Assembly (NCBI GenBank): GCA_020627705.1
Contig: JAHDGJ010000001.1
Location: 316,398 to 348,397 of the forward strand
Length of the DNA: 32,000 nucleotides
Source: Saprospiraceae bacterium
GTDB lineage: Bacteria > Bacteroidota > Bacteroidia > Chitinophagales > Saprospiraceae
Reading direction: 5' to 3'
This document shows, piece after piece, positions 8,585 through 22,500 of the stretch. The translations under genes were made by a program, and so were the position numbers. The number at the start of each line of letters is the position of its first letter. The first letter of the stretch is position 1. Below the pieces are notes generated by a model, which was given only the letters and a program-made list of their open reading frames with translations, did not search any database and was not told the origin of the DNA.

Positions 8585-8796
8585 TACGATTATCAGATTT
8601 TCGTTACTAATCAAATATAAGAATTCATATATATATAAAATATATAATATGTAACTAATTTACTCCTATTCGAGTATTCAAACGTAAAATACTGAATAAT
8701 AGTTTATAACACATTAAATTATTTTATAATATGAATATATTTTATATTAACAAATATTATTATGTATTAATTTAGCCTTTAGGGCAATGCACTTTC

Positions 8797-10368
8797 TTAC
8801 CAAAATAAATACAAAATATAAGCAATCAATACAACGAGTAAAATCATATGTGTACGGTAATCTTTGTACCAAGGCATTTCCTCCATACCTTGTGCTATGA
8901 GCCCTTTCTTATAGCTAAATGCTTCTATTTCGTTTTGATCAGGCGCAGGAGTAAGCAAACTAACCATGAAAAATATTATCGTAGACAACAATAAACTTAC
9001 CCCAACATTCATGGTGTAATGAAGATTCCATAATTCCATTTCCCCTAAAACAAAAAGCACAACGCCTATTAATGTTCCAATTAATAAAGTCCAAAAAGCA
9101 CCATCTCCATTGCCTCTTTTAAAAAATACGCCAACTAAAAAGATAACCGCAATGGGAGGAACAACGATAGAAAACATCTGCTGTAAGTAATCCCATAATC
9201 CTGTAAAGTTTGCAATTTGAGGAGCCCACGCAGCAGCAATGACCATTAGTACTATTGTAGTGATTCGTCCATATTTTGCAATATCTTGATCTGAAAGTTC
9301 TGGCTTATTTGGCTTAATAAAATCGATCACAACCAAGGTAGAAGAAGAATTTAGCGCTGAATCGACACTAGACAAAATTGCGGAGACCAAACCAGCCAAA
9401 ACCAAACCTACCAATCCAACTGGCAATACATTGGTTACCAAAAATGGAAACACAGAATCTCCATTCGGAATATCTGGATAAATCGTAAGCGCAATTGCCC
9501 CAGGAATCACCATTATAAATAGTGGGATTACTTTTAAGAATCCTGCTAATACTAAACCCCATCTCGCTTGATTTAGATCTCTTGCACCCAGTGCTCTTTG
9601 AATGATATACTGGTTGGTACTCCAATACCAAAATCCTAAAAATGGAACCCCCATTAATAGACCAGGCCAAGGAATGCCCGGATCATCGAGAGGTCTCACC
9701 ACTGAAAAGTGACCTTCTGGTGCACTAGACACTACTCTACTCCAATCAAAATCCACTTTATCAAATAGAATATACGTAAGTATCGAACAACCGACAATAA
9801 GTATTACAGCTTGAATAACATCAGTATAAACCACAGCCTTTAGTCCGCCAAATGCCGTATAACACCCTGCAAGAAATGCAAGACCAATGGCCGTTTGCCA
9901 CATCACCAAATTTGGAAAGAAAGCCTGCAACACAAGGGTTCCTGCATATAAAGCCCCTGCCGTTTCAATCATAATGGTAGCGAAAATCGATACGCCAGAA
10001 AAGAACAATTGAGATCTACGATCAAACCTTCGCTCCAAAAATTCAGGGATCGTTGTGATCCTAGAGTTGAGATAAAGCGGAATAAAAATCATGGCTGCAA
10101 TGATTAATGGAATCCCTGACATCCATTCATACACAGAATTTACAATCCCAGTAGTATAGGCTGCTCCAGATAAGCCCACAATTGTTGAACTAGAAATATT
10201 AGAAGCAAATAAGGATAGACCTATCACGCCCCATCCAAAAGATCTACCTCCAAGAAAAAGGTCCTCTCCAGTTTTTGTACTTCGAGATACGATGAATCCA
10301 ATGAGTAGGACAATGATAAAATATCCAATAATTATCCCTACGTCAACATTTGAAATTTGTGATTGCAT
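8797..10368 (-). CDS. Sodium:solute symporter family (SGLT-like) sugar transporter
   Basis: 523 aa and highly hydrophobic throughout, with multiple predicted TM segments. SSF-typical blocks: FLGGRSFGWGVIGLSLFASNISS, GGLKAVVYTDVIQAVIL, WYWSTNQYIIQRALGARD. It lies 35 bp downstream of lacZ on the same strand. Confidence 0.85.
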   Translation of the reverse strand: MQSQISNVDVGIIIGYFIIVLLIGFIVSRSTKTGEDLFLGGRSFGWGVIGLSLFASNISSSTIVGLSGAAYTTGIVNSVYEWMSGIPLIIAAMIFIPLYLNSRITTIPEFLERRFDRRSQLFFSGVSIFATIMIETAGALYAGTLVLQAFFPNLVMWQTAIGLAFLAGCYTAFGGLKAVVYTDVIQAVILIVGCSILTYILFDKVDFDWSRVVSSAPEGHFSVVRPLDDPGIPWPGLLMGVPFLGFWYWSTNQYIIQRALGARDLNQARWGLVLAGFLKVIPLFIMVIPGAIALTIYPDIPNGDSVFPFLVTNVLPVGLVGLVLAGLVSAILSSVDSALNSSSTLVVIDFIKPNKPELSDQDIAKYGRITTIVLMVIAAAWAPQIANFTGLWDYLQQMFSIVVPPIAVIFLVGVFFKRGNGDGAFWTLLIGTLIGVVLFVLGEMELWNLHYTMNVGVSLLLSTIIFFMVSLLTPAPDQNEIEAFSYKKGLIAQGMEEMPWYKDYRTHMILLVVLIAYILYLFW

Positions 10369-10403
10369 GATTTGGTCTTTACAAGGTTTATAATTCTATT
10401 TTA

Positions 10404-13478
<3,075 letters not shown>

Positions 13479-14603
13479 TTAGTTTTCCGTTAGTACACTT
13501 GCTCCATCTCCAATTTGATACTGATAAAATGTAGGCTTTACTTGAAACTCATTAAAATAGCTTTGTCCCATTAGCTCAGTAATCTCTTCTACTTTATCTT
13601 TTTGAACCAAATTAATCGTGCAGCCACCAAATCCTCCACCCATCATTCGAGCACCTAAAATAGAGGAAACTGTTTTGGATAGATTAACTAAGAAGTCTAA
13701 TTCCGTACAGCTCACTTGATAGTCACTGCTTAGGCTTTCATGGGATTCATAGAGGAGTGCACCTAATTTTTCAAAATCCGAGAAAAGAATCGCCTCTTTC
13801 GCCTGTTGTACTCTTTGATTTTCAGATAATATATGCTTTACACGATTGAAACTCTTCCCTGATGAGGCAGTCTCATATTTACTTAATTCCGCCATATTAA
13901 GCTCACGAAAAGACTTAAGTTCCGGGATTTCATTTTTTAAATAAGCTAGTGCATTTTCACATTCTTCTCTCCTAGTATTATACTCAGACTCTGCCAATGA
14001 ATGTTTGACATTTGAATTAATCAGCAAAAATATATAGGGTCCAAGATCTATGGGCACATACTCAAATTCTAAGGACTGACAGTCCAAAAGCATGGCGAAA
14101 TTTGCTTTCCCCATAACACTTGCAAATTGATCCATTACGCCACATTTAGTCCCTACAAAATCGCTATGTTCAGCATATTGACAGGCTTTAATCAATTGCC
14201 AATTTGTTAGGCCTAAATTAAAAAGCCCATTAAGTCCAATAGCAAAACTGCACTCCAGAGCTGCTGACGAACTTACTCCACTTCCTATCGGGACATCCCC
14301 TCTAAAGCTGGCTTTAAATCCGGTAATACTAGTTGTGTGAGCTTTAAGTTGAATCAATACTGCCATTAAATAATTAGCCCATTGATATTTTTCCGAAGGG
14401 CTTAATTCATTAAGATTAGACGAAAAAGTTTCATTGCTATCTTCACAAAATAATTCGATTTCGTTTGAGGTATTATTTTGCTCCAAGGTAAAATGAACAT
14501 AATGATCAATGGCGGCAGGAAAAACAAATCCATCGTTATAATCAGTGTGCTCTCCGATAATATTGATTCTTCCAGGAGCTTTGGATTTAACTCTTTTCAT
14601 CAT
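13479..14603 (-). CDS. galK: Galactokinase
   Basis: 374 aa. Galactokinase signature APGRINIIGEHTDYNDGFVFP and GHMP kinase motif PIGSGVSSSAALE. Confidence 0.95.
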   Translation of the reverse strand: MMKRVKSKAPGRINIIGEHTDYNDGFVFPAAIDHYVHFTLEQNNTSNEIELFCEDSNETFSSNLNELSPSEKYQWANYLMAVLIQLKAHTTSITGFKASFRGDVPIGSGVSSSAALECSFAIGLNGLFNLGLTNWQLIKACQYAEHSDFVGTKCGVMDQFASVMGKANFAMLLDCQSLEFEYVPIDLGPYIFLLINSNVKHSLAESEYNTRREECENALAYLKNEIPELKSFRELNMAELSKYETASSGKSFNRVKHILSENQRVQQAKEAILFSDFEKLGALLYESHESLSSDYQVSCTELDFLVNLSKTVSSILGARMMGGGFGGCTINLVQKDKVEEITELMGQSYFNEFQVKPTFYQYQIGDGASVLTEN

Positions 14604-14606
14604 TAT

Positions 14607-16073
14607 TTATTCACTAAATCCTATGGCTTGTTGCACTGCTTTTTGCCATTGAGCATAAATCCTAACTCTCTTTTCTTCATTCATTGATGAAGAATATCTT
14701 TTTTCTTCTTGAATATTTTTCTCTAACAAGGATGCCGTCCAAACTCCACATCCTATTCCTGCCAAAAATCCTGCTCCTAAAGCCGTTGTTTCTACATTAG
14801 ATGGTCGTGAAACTTCGCTGTCCAACATATCTGATTGGAATTGCATGAGATAATTGTTTTTAGAAGCTCCCCCATCAACTTTCAAAATACTTAATTGAAT
14901 TTCACTGTCTTTTTCCATGGCGTCAATTACTTCCTTAGTCCGCAGGGCAATACTATCTAACATGGCTTTACTCAAATGCGCTTTCGTGGTATCTCTAGAC
15001 AACCCAAAAACAGCACCTTTGCATTCCATAGTCCAATAAGGCGCTCCTAATCCAGCGAAAGCAGGTACCACCACCACTTCGTTGGAATCCTTTACCTCTA
15101 AAGCAAGTTTTTCAGAGTCTTTCGAGTCGGTGATAATTTGCAAACTGTCTCTCAACCATTGGATTGATGCACCCGCCATAAAAATACTACCCTCTAAAGC
15201 GTATGCCACTTTTCCATTTTTATCGCAGCACAAGGTGGTCAATAAGCCTTGTTTAGATTCTTTAAATTTATCGCCAATGTTCATTAGCATAAAACAGCCT
15301 GTTCCGTATGTATTTTTCACCATACCTTTTTCAAAACATGCCTGTCCAAACAATGCCGCTTGTTGGTCACCGGCTACTCCAGTAATAGGTATTTTCACAC
15401 CTCGATAGGTAAAGTCTCCGAAATGAGATGCTGAGTCTTGGACAGATGGCAAAAGTTCTTTAGGGATACCCATCTTAGTTAAGATCTGATCGTCCCATTT
15501 TTTCTTTTTTATATTATAGAGCAACGTTCTTGAAGCATTGGTATAATCGGTCACGTGTTTTTCACCTTTGGTCATATTCCAAATCAACCAAGTATCCATT
15601 GTACCAAATGCCAAGTCTCCTTGGACACCTTGATCAAGAATCCATTTGAGCTTTGTTCCAGAAAAATATGGATCAATCGGCAAGCCCATATTGGCCGTCG
15701 TATAGGTCTGTAGTCCCTCTTCTTTTAGTTCTTTACAATATGCAATGGTTCTTTTATCCTGCCATACAATAGCATTATAGACTGGCTTTCCTGATTGCTT
15801 GTCCCAAACCACTGTGGTCTCCCGTTGATTGGTTATACCAATAGCCTTAATGCGCGAAGGATCGATATTGTGTGTATCCACCAAATTATCGAGCACCTTC
15901 ATTTGTACCTTCCATATCTCTAGTGGATCGTGCTCCACCCAGCCGGGATTTGGAAAAATCTGGGTGAACTCCTGTTGAGCCATTCCAACTTGAATACCCT
16001 TATCATTCAGCAAAACTACTCTACAGCTGCTTGTGCCCTGATCAATTGAGATGATGTAAAAATCACTTGCCAT
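14607..16073 (-). CDS. glpK: Glycerol kinase
   Basis: 488 aa. FGGY kinase motifs SIDQGTSSCRVVL, GITNQRETTVVWD, GDQQAALFGQ and KVDGGASKNN are typical of GlpK. Confidence 0.93.
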   Translation of the reverse strand: MASDFYIISIDQGTSSCRVVLLNDKGIQVGMAQQEFTQIFPNPGWVEHDPLEIWKVQMKVLDNLVDTHNIDPSRIKAIGITNQRETTVVWDKQSGKPVYNAIVWQDKRTIAYCKELKEEGLQTYTTANMGLPIDPYFSGTKLKWILDQGVQGDLAFGTMDTWLIWNMTKGEKHVTDYTNASRTLLYNIKKKKWDDQILTKMGIPKELLPSVQDSASHFGDFTYRGVKIPITGVAGDQQAALFGQACFEKGMVKNTYGTGCFMLMNIGDKFKESKQGLLTTLCCDKNGKVAYALEGSIFMAGASIQWLRDSLQIITDSKDSEKLALEVKDSNEVVVVPAFAGLGAPYWTMECKGAVFGLSRDTTKAHLSKAMLDSIALRTKEVIDAMEKDSEIQLSILKVDGGASKNNYLMQFQSDMLDSEVSRPSNVETTALGAGFLAGIGCGVWTASLLEKNIQEEKRYSSSMNEEKRVRIYAQWQKAVQQAIGFSE

Positions 16074-16074
16074 A

Positions 16075-17832
16075 TCAATCTAATTTTGTTAATGCTAAAA
16101 TGCCGTTTGGAGGACAGCTTAAACAATCCACTCCCTTTTTAAGATCTAACACACGCTCTTGCTTGAGTTCTCCTTTACAATTAAATGTTCTAATCTTATA
16201 CTTTGTAGTGTCGCTGGATTTAATTAAGACATCTGTACTGAGTTTTCCATTTATAATCTCATGCTTAGATCTCATATCGTGCAAAACCACAGGGACATCT
16301 TGGTAAAGACCGATAATTCTTTTTTCGGAATTAGAAGCTTCCAACATAGAATAATTAGAAAGTGGATTGTGGGCAAGGAATTTTCCGTTTAAGAATATTG
16401 ATTTATTCTTTTCCCAATAACTCAAATAGTGTTGGATCATTTTTAGCTCTTCCGAGCTGCGTTCGTGGAGTCGAACCGAAACTTGAGGTACCGAAAACAA
16501 GATACTTGTAAACTGTAATGCTGCAACATGGACGTCTTCTTCAGAATGCCAAGTAAGCATATCAGAATGAACTGCAGACTCACCACAAATCAACTTAGTG
16601 TCTGTAGTACGCACACGATTCATCAAGCTGTCGTTCGGACAATCAAAAGCGCGAAACATATTTCCTAATTTTCGAAGGGAAGGATTAATGTATTGCTGTC
16701 TAAATTCTATCAAAACATCCGGTTTGATAGAAAATAGCGTTCGACTTATTTCGTCAATCAAACGTTTTACTCCTTGAGCAACGGATAAAGTATCTCTACC
16801 GTTTAATTCGTTCAATTCCGTTTCATCATACACTTTGAAGTCATCGATAAAATCGAGTTTAAATCCATCGATCTTCCAATCAATCAAGGCAGAAGAATAA
16901 ATCTCACATAAATATTTTCTTACTTCTGGAAAGCGAGGATCAAATACTGGTGCCCAATGATGATTTTCCGTTAAAAATTTACCTTTAAATCTTTGATAGG
17001 CTTTGGATTTGACACCACAAAATGGCACTGAATACCAAAGCATAACCCCCATACCTAAATCGTGAATATCTTCTACAAATTTCGACATGTCTTTAAATCG
17101 GTCTGGATTCCAATCTCCAGTATAATCGTATCCACGTCCATCATCCATTGTTTGCCAACCGTCATCAACAATAATCAATTTCATCCCCAAGTTTGTTGCG
17201 AGCTGACATTCTTTTCTTAATTGATCTTCATCCAAAGATTGATGAAATGCATACCACGTACTATACAACGGAACCTTAGCCAAATCCGAAACAACATGTG
17301 GAATTATGCTCGATTCCTCCACAATCCAAGCTGCAGCCTCTTGCACAACTTCACTAAAATGTTTGCTTTCTTTTGAAATTCTCAACGAAGTAGTATACTT
17401 CTCTTCCGAAATAGATTGAGTTAAAAGTGTAAGTGTACAATAGATATGATTGTCCTCCTCACGTAAGGAGGCCTCTAAAGAGCTTTCTAGGATAGCATCA
17501 GAGATACAATAGTTAATCAAATTTTCATCTTGTTGTCCGTATATAGAGATGATCGGAGCATCGACAGAAATGGAAGTTTGCAATTGTGCCACTTCCCAAT
17601 CCGTCCTGATACGCTTATCCAAAATCGCATTCGAACTCCATGATCCTTTCACCCCTTTTGCTGCTACTTTCCACTGGATGATGACTTGGTTTTTATATCC
17701 TGCAGGGACTTCAATTTTATATATTTCAATATCTCCTTCATTCTGAAATAAAGAAATACTTAAGCCCGATTCTCTTGGATTTGAAATGCTCGGAACATAA
17801 TCAATTAACTTCTTTCGATCAATTATCAACAT
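16075..17832 (-). CDS. Clan GH-D (GH36/GH27-like) alpha-galactosidase-like glycoside hydrolase, cytoplasmic
   Basis: 585 aa with no signal peptide (MLIIDRKKLIDYVP...). The central TIM-barrel-like region has KLIIVDDGWQTMDDGRGYDYTGDWNPDRFKDM, which is the DDGW + GDW pattern of melibiase-type enzymes. DGFKLDFID is a K-x-D nucleophile-type block. It is flanked by beta-rich N- and C-terminal regions. The family is assigned from motifs only. Confidence 0.6.
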   Translation of the reverse strand: MLIIDRKKLIDYVPSISNPRESGLSISLFQNEGDIEIYKIEVPAGYKNQVIIQWKVAAKGVKGSWSSNAILDKRIRTDWEVAQLQTSISVDAPIISIYGQQDENLINYCISDAILESSLEASLREEDNHIYCTLTLLTQSISEEKYTTSLRISKESKHFSEVVQEAAAWIVEESSIIPHVVSDLAKVPLYSTWYAFHQSLDEDQLRKECQLATNLGMKLIIVDDGWQTMDDGRGYDYTGDWNPDRFKDMSKFVEDIHDLGMGVMLWYSVPFCGVKSKAYQRFKGKFLTENHHWAPVFDPRFPEVRKYLCEIYSSALIDWKIDGFKLDFIDDFKVYDETELNELNGRDTLSVAQGVKRLIDEISRTLFSIKPDVLIEFRQQYINPSLRKLGNMFRAFDCPNDSLMNRVRTTDTKLICGESAVHSDMLTWHSEEDVHVAALQFTSILFSVPQVSVRLHERSSEELKMIQHYLSYWEKNKSIFLNGKFLAHNPLSNYSMLEASNSEKRIIGLYQDVPVVLHDMRSKHEIINGKLSTDVLIKSSDTTKYKIRTFNCKGELKQERVLDLKKGVDCLSCPPNGILALTKLD

Positions 17833-17845
17833 ATATTTCTCTCTT

Positions 17846-19501
17846 CTAACTTGTTCTTTTTAAATAATCCAATGCATGGATATCAATAGCATTATTCAAC
17901 TCGATTTCCCAGCTATTTAAACTTTCGACATCGAGAGAAAATATTGACTTTAGGTTGAGTAGTATTAGCGCTTTGTATTTTACTACTTTTTGAATATTAA
18001 AAAACAACCATCCAGTCCTTCTATCCAAAAAATCAAGTGGGTGATGAATACTCTCGTGTTCTGCGCAATACTCTAATTGGCTACGAATGCATTTTTCTTG
18101 AAATGATCCTGCATCTTCAGTAGTCACTGCTGTAGTTAGTATGTCCTTGGCCTTTTTACCGAACGAAGAACATAGTTCTTCTATTTCATTTTTATCTAGC
18201 TCCGAAAATTCTAAGCTCAAAGCATCAACATACTTCAAATACTCATTGTAGTTTTTAAATGGCTCAGGATGAATCTTTAAATTCTTAGTTCTGCAACTTA
18301 GCCCCTTCCAGTCTTCTTCCATTTCTACGACCATATCTACGATCCTCTTGGCCATCTTTCTAAATCCAGTCAGTTTTCCTCCTGCAATGGAAATAAGCCC
18401 ACTTTTGGAAATGAAAATTTCATCTTTCCTCGATAATTCCTTTGCTTCTTTCCCTTTCTTTTGAATCAAAGGTCTCAATCCAGTCCAACTTGATTCTATA
18501 TCCTCTACTGTCAAATTACACGAAGGAAACATATTATTAGTAGCAGTAAGTAAATACTCCACATCATTATTGTCACATCTTAAATCCTCCTTATTTCCTT
18601 TAAATGTGGTATCCGTTGTTCCTATATATACAGAGGAGCCTCTCGGTATGGCAAAGATCATGCGTCCATCAAAAGCATCAAAATACATTGAAACTTCAAT
18701 AGGAAATTTATTTTTTGAAACGACAATATGTACTCCTTTAGAAAGATGTAAATTTTCACTAGCTGAAGGGCTGTCTATTTTCTTCAAGTCATCCACCCAA
18801 GGTCCTGTGGATGAAACAATATATTTTGCCCTAAATTTCTCGCGCTCTCCTGTGAGTAAATCTTTACAAACTACTCCACAAACTTTTTGATCCTCATAAA
18901 TAAAGTCAACGACTTCCATATGATTAAACGCTTCTCCATGTTTATGCCTTGAAGATTTTATTAGTTCAATCGTTAATCGAGCATCATCTGTTCTGAATTC
19001 TGAGTAAACGATACTTGATTTTAAAATTCCTTTATTGAGCAAGGAAACTTTTTGCAAAGTTTCATTTTTAGTTAAGCTCTTTTTTCTGTGTTCTTTAGGA
19101 ACACCGGCCATTCTATCGTATACACTGATGGCTAAGCTAGCCGAAAATTTATTAAAACTTCCATTCTTGACAATAGGCAACAACATTTCTTCAGGATGTA
19201 CCAAATGACAAATATTGCGATGTGCAATGGCTCTTTCTAAACCCGTTTCTCGAACCAAGCCAAATTCTAGTTGTTTGAGATATCGCAATCCGCCATGGAT
19301 CAACTTTGTAGATTTACTACTTGTGCCAGAAGCAAAATCTTTCTTCTCAATCAACAGGGTATTTAGACCACGTGTACATGAATCAAACATTATCCCTGCA
19401 CCTGTTATTCCACCACCTATAATCAAAACATCTATTTCCATCAGCTTGCACAACGCTAACCTATCTTTTCGATATTTATTTGAAAAATTTAATCCATTCA
19501 T
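17846..19501 (-). CDS. glpD: FAD-dependent glycerol-3-phosphate dehydrogenase
   Basis: 551 aa. FAD dinucleotide fold DVLIIGGGITGAGI, STKLIHGGLRYL, and a C-terminal helical domain are typical of GlpD. The start ATG overlaps the stop of the upstream gene (ATGA, 19498-19501). Confidence 0.9.
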   Translation of the reverse strand: MNGLNFSNKYRKDRLALCKLMEIDVLIIGGGITGAGIMFDSCTRGLNTLLIEKKDFASGTSSKSTKLIHGGLRYLKQLEFGLVRETGLERAIAHRNICHLVHPEEMLLPIVKNGSFNKFSASLAISVYDRMAGVPKEHRKKSLTKNETLQKVSLLNKGILKSSIVYSEFRTDDARLTIELIKSSRHKHGEAFNHMEVVDFIYEDQKVCGVVCKDLLTGEREKFRAKYIVSSTGPWVDDLKKIDSPSASENLHLSKGVHIVVSKNKFPIEVSMYFDAFDGRMIFAIPRGSSVYIGTTDTTFKGNKEDLRCDNNDVEYLLTATNNMFPSCNLTVEDIESSWTGLRPLIQKKGKEAKELSRKDEIFISKSGLISIAGGKLTGFRKMAKRIVDMVVEMEEDWKGLSCRTKNLKIHPEPFKNYNEYLKYVDALSLEFSELDKNEIEELCSSFGKKAKDILTTAVTTEDAGSFQEKCIRSQLEYCAEHESIHHPLDFLDRRTGWLFFNIQKVVKYKALILLNLKSIFSLDVESLNSWEIELNNAIDIHALDYLKRTS

Positions 19502-22500
19502 TTTCTACTCCGCTTTATTTCATAAATACCTAAATCAGAACTCAACATGTATCGCCCATTTTTTAGACTAATCATATCAAAACTCGGCTCCGGAATCGAC
19601 AAACCAGTTTCATCAGCCGGAATAGGACGATACTGTAAATTTCCCTCATTCGACAGACATAATACGTTTAAGGCATCAATTTTACCATTGTGTATTTCTA
19701 TTTGATCATTGTTAGCTAGGAAAACAATGTCCAAATCGTTATCGTCATCCAAATCAATAAGTGCCGCATCATTCAAAATGGAGTATTGAACTTCTTGGGG
19801 TAATTCAACTTTCTTAAAAAACAAATTACTCACCTGTTCAAACATCATCGTCTCTGTTGTGGTTAAATATTTATATTTAGGTAAAGTCCCAAAAGTTTCC
19901 AGAACATTATCCGATGTAGCCTTTCCAAAAGAAGCATAATCAATAAAATTTTTCTTTATGCTAGGTAGAATTTTACTCAAATCATCTTTGGAGTGATAAG
20001 TAAAATACTCATTTTCTTCATCTTGAAAAACACAAATTATTGGATCCACACTTCCATTATTATCAAGATCATTAGAAACGATTTTCAATGGATTTACTGG
20101 AGTGGTTGTATATCTCAAATTTGTCCCAAGATTTAACATTAAAAAATCTTTATCTCCATCTTGATCAAAATCTTCAACTAAAACATTTTGCCAAAGACCA
20201 CTATGTTTTGATAATTCTTGCTCCATTATTTGATCAAAGCCGGAATCACTTTGGAATAAAATCATAGGACTCATCCACTCCCCTACAAGGATAACATCTT
20301 GCAAAGAATCAGCATTAATATCTTCAACCACAACCTGAGTTATATTTAGATTCTCCATTTTAGGCGCATCAATATTCAGAGCATTGCCATCAAAATCATA
20401 AAAAAACAGACTACTCATTTCTGAGCTAGGGTATTTTTGAGCAGTAGGAAAATGAGCTAAAACCAAAGCCATAGAATTAATCTCATGTAACTCAATAAAA
20501 TCAAAATGATATATACCTGGAGCCAAGTTCCATTCTTTGGATATTGCGTTGTGCTGATCAAAATCTAAGATTAAAAACTTAGAATGTACTAAGCCTTTTT
20601 GATTTTGTGTGCTCAAGACACAATGGAGTGTTTCTTGCCCATTTTCTTTTCTGTAAGTTTTCATATCTGTAACCACATATCCTTGCAAGTCAAACATTCG
20701 TTCCTTAACCAAAACATCCTCCACGTATTCAACTTTATAAATCGCATCTTCAATATTTGCAACGAAGACAAAGTTCATATTTTGCAGCAGCAAAGCTCTG
20801 TCATTAAGGCAAGGTTTTAACAACAAGGGTTGGATGTCAAAATCCTGCCCCCAAAAACTCGATTGTTCTTTTTGGACTGCCAATGTAGGTTCTTCAAAAA
20901 AACCAATCACCTTTTTTTCTATTGGTATTTCTTGTTTTTGCATCTTACTAAAGCTGAGTTTCATCGAAGAGATTGTATCAGAGTCAATCTTAACCGAGCT
21001 TTTTAGATTATTTGGCCAAACAACTTCAATCGAATTCACTTTTTGTGCACCTAAGCCAAAAATCAGTCTAGGATCCATGCTCGACATGTATGACCTTACC
21101 GGTGTGATTCTCTGTACTAGACTTTTCCCATTATCCAAATGTACTTTCACTTTTGCACCAATGGCTGAGGTGTTTAAGGAGTCCCCTTCAATTTCTAGGC
21201 TAAGAAAATTATTGGTCGAAGGATTAACAATGATTCGAGCATTTTCATTTAAGTTATTTAGCACGATATCTAAATCTCCATCGTTGTCTAGATCAGAAAT
21301 AGCAGCACCATTTGAAATTCCTGGTTGCGTCGAAACAATTTTTTGAGTCTCTTTAGAATAAAAGTTTTTAAACAAAAAGTTTGGCAAATTTACTTGAGGA
21401 AGTTTTCTAATATCATTTTTTATTCTTTCTACAGCCTTTTCCTTACTACCAAAACCTGTGGAGGTAGAATTATAGTTTACAAAATCTAAATCAGTAATGT
21501 TTTTGCCATAACCATTAGTTATAAATAAATCGCATTGGCTGTCGTTGTCATAATCAAATAATATGGGTGCCCAACTCCAATCAGTATCCTCTAGGTTTAA
21601 GAAAGCCCCAATTTCCGAAAAGGCATTGGTCCTACCGAAACTAGTCGGACCGTTATGTATTTGGACTACATTCCGAATAAATTGGGCATTGTAGTTTTCC
21701 TTTCTAGAAAGCGCATACTTATCAAAATTCATTTCTCCGAGCATTGTCTTTTGCCGAGCATTTTGAAAAGGCAACATATCAACGACAACAATATCTTCCA
21801 TCTCGTCTCCATTGAGATCTGCTATATCTACCCCCATGCTGTTGTACGAAGTATGCTTAAGGTATTGTTTTGATTGATCTTCAAAATATTGCCCTTGTTG
21901 GTTTATGTAAAACACATCATCGGTAATAAAATCATTAGCAACATAAACATCCAAATACCCATCTTGATTTACATCGGTCAAGGCTACTCCCAAGCCAAAT
22001 CCGGGAATATTGACATTCCATTTATCCGAAGCATCAACAAAAACCAGTTTTCCTTCTTCTTGCTGAAGGTTAATTAGTAATTTATCTCGGCTTCTGGGAG
22101 AATAATATTGTTTGGGCTTTGGATAATTTTTGGTATTATGGTCTACATAATTTTGCAATTGGAATAAATCCAAATCACCGTCATTATCAAAATCAGCAAA
22201 CAAACCTTGCTGAGAGTACCCTTCAATTTTCAAGCCTACTTCTGCCGATTTTTCCTCAAAATAAATCACATCATTCTCGCTGCGATTTAAAAACAGCAAG
22301 TTGTTACAAGTCGAAGTAATACAATCTGCTCCACCTACCGATAAATATAAATCAGATTTGCCATCACAGTTAAGATCAACCACAGAAATTCCATTAATCC
22401 AAACGTCCGTGGTCAAATTTGACTCCTCTGTAATGTCTTCAAACTGCATATTACCTCGATTCAAAAACAATTTTGAACTTACCATATTTCCACCCAAAAA

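Noticed and set aside
7760-8614. HTH-S24 (CI-like) repressor as a marker of a prophage or mobile element
   Set aside because: There is no integrase, excisionase, Cro-like divergent partner, phage structural gene, tRNA attachment site or flanking direct repeat in the window.
8627-8650. (AT)n / TATATAA microsatellite-like run upstream of the HTH-S24 gene, as a possible phase-variation tract
   Set aside because: It has only about 5-6 dinucleotide units inside a generally AT-rich spacer, and nothing indicates a length-dependent promoter-spacing role.
20834-21346. 170 aa plus-strand ORF inside the FG-GAP/VCBS gene. Other antisense ORFs in the track are of the same kind: 804-1019, 1456-1638, 3230-3580, 6311-6637, 9368-9670, 12132-12335, 12755-13003, 15082-15408, 18570-18890, 19215-19571, 21655-22558 and 27577-27852.
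   Set aside because: All lie entirely within, and antisense to, long ORFs with strong family motifs. Their translations are low-complexity with no recognisable motifs. They are shadow ORFs.
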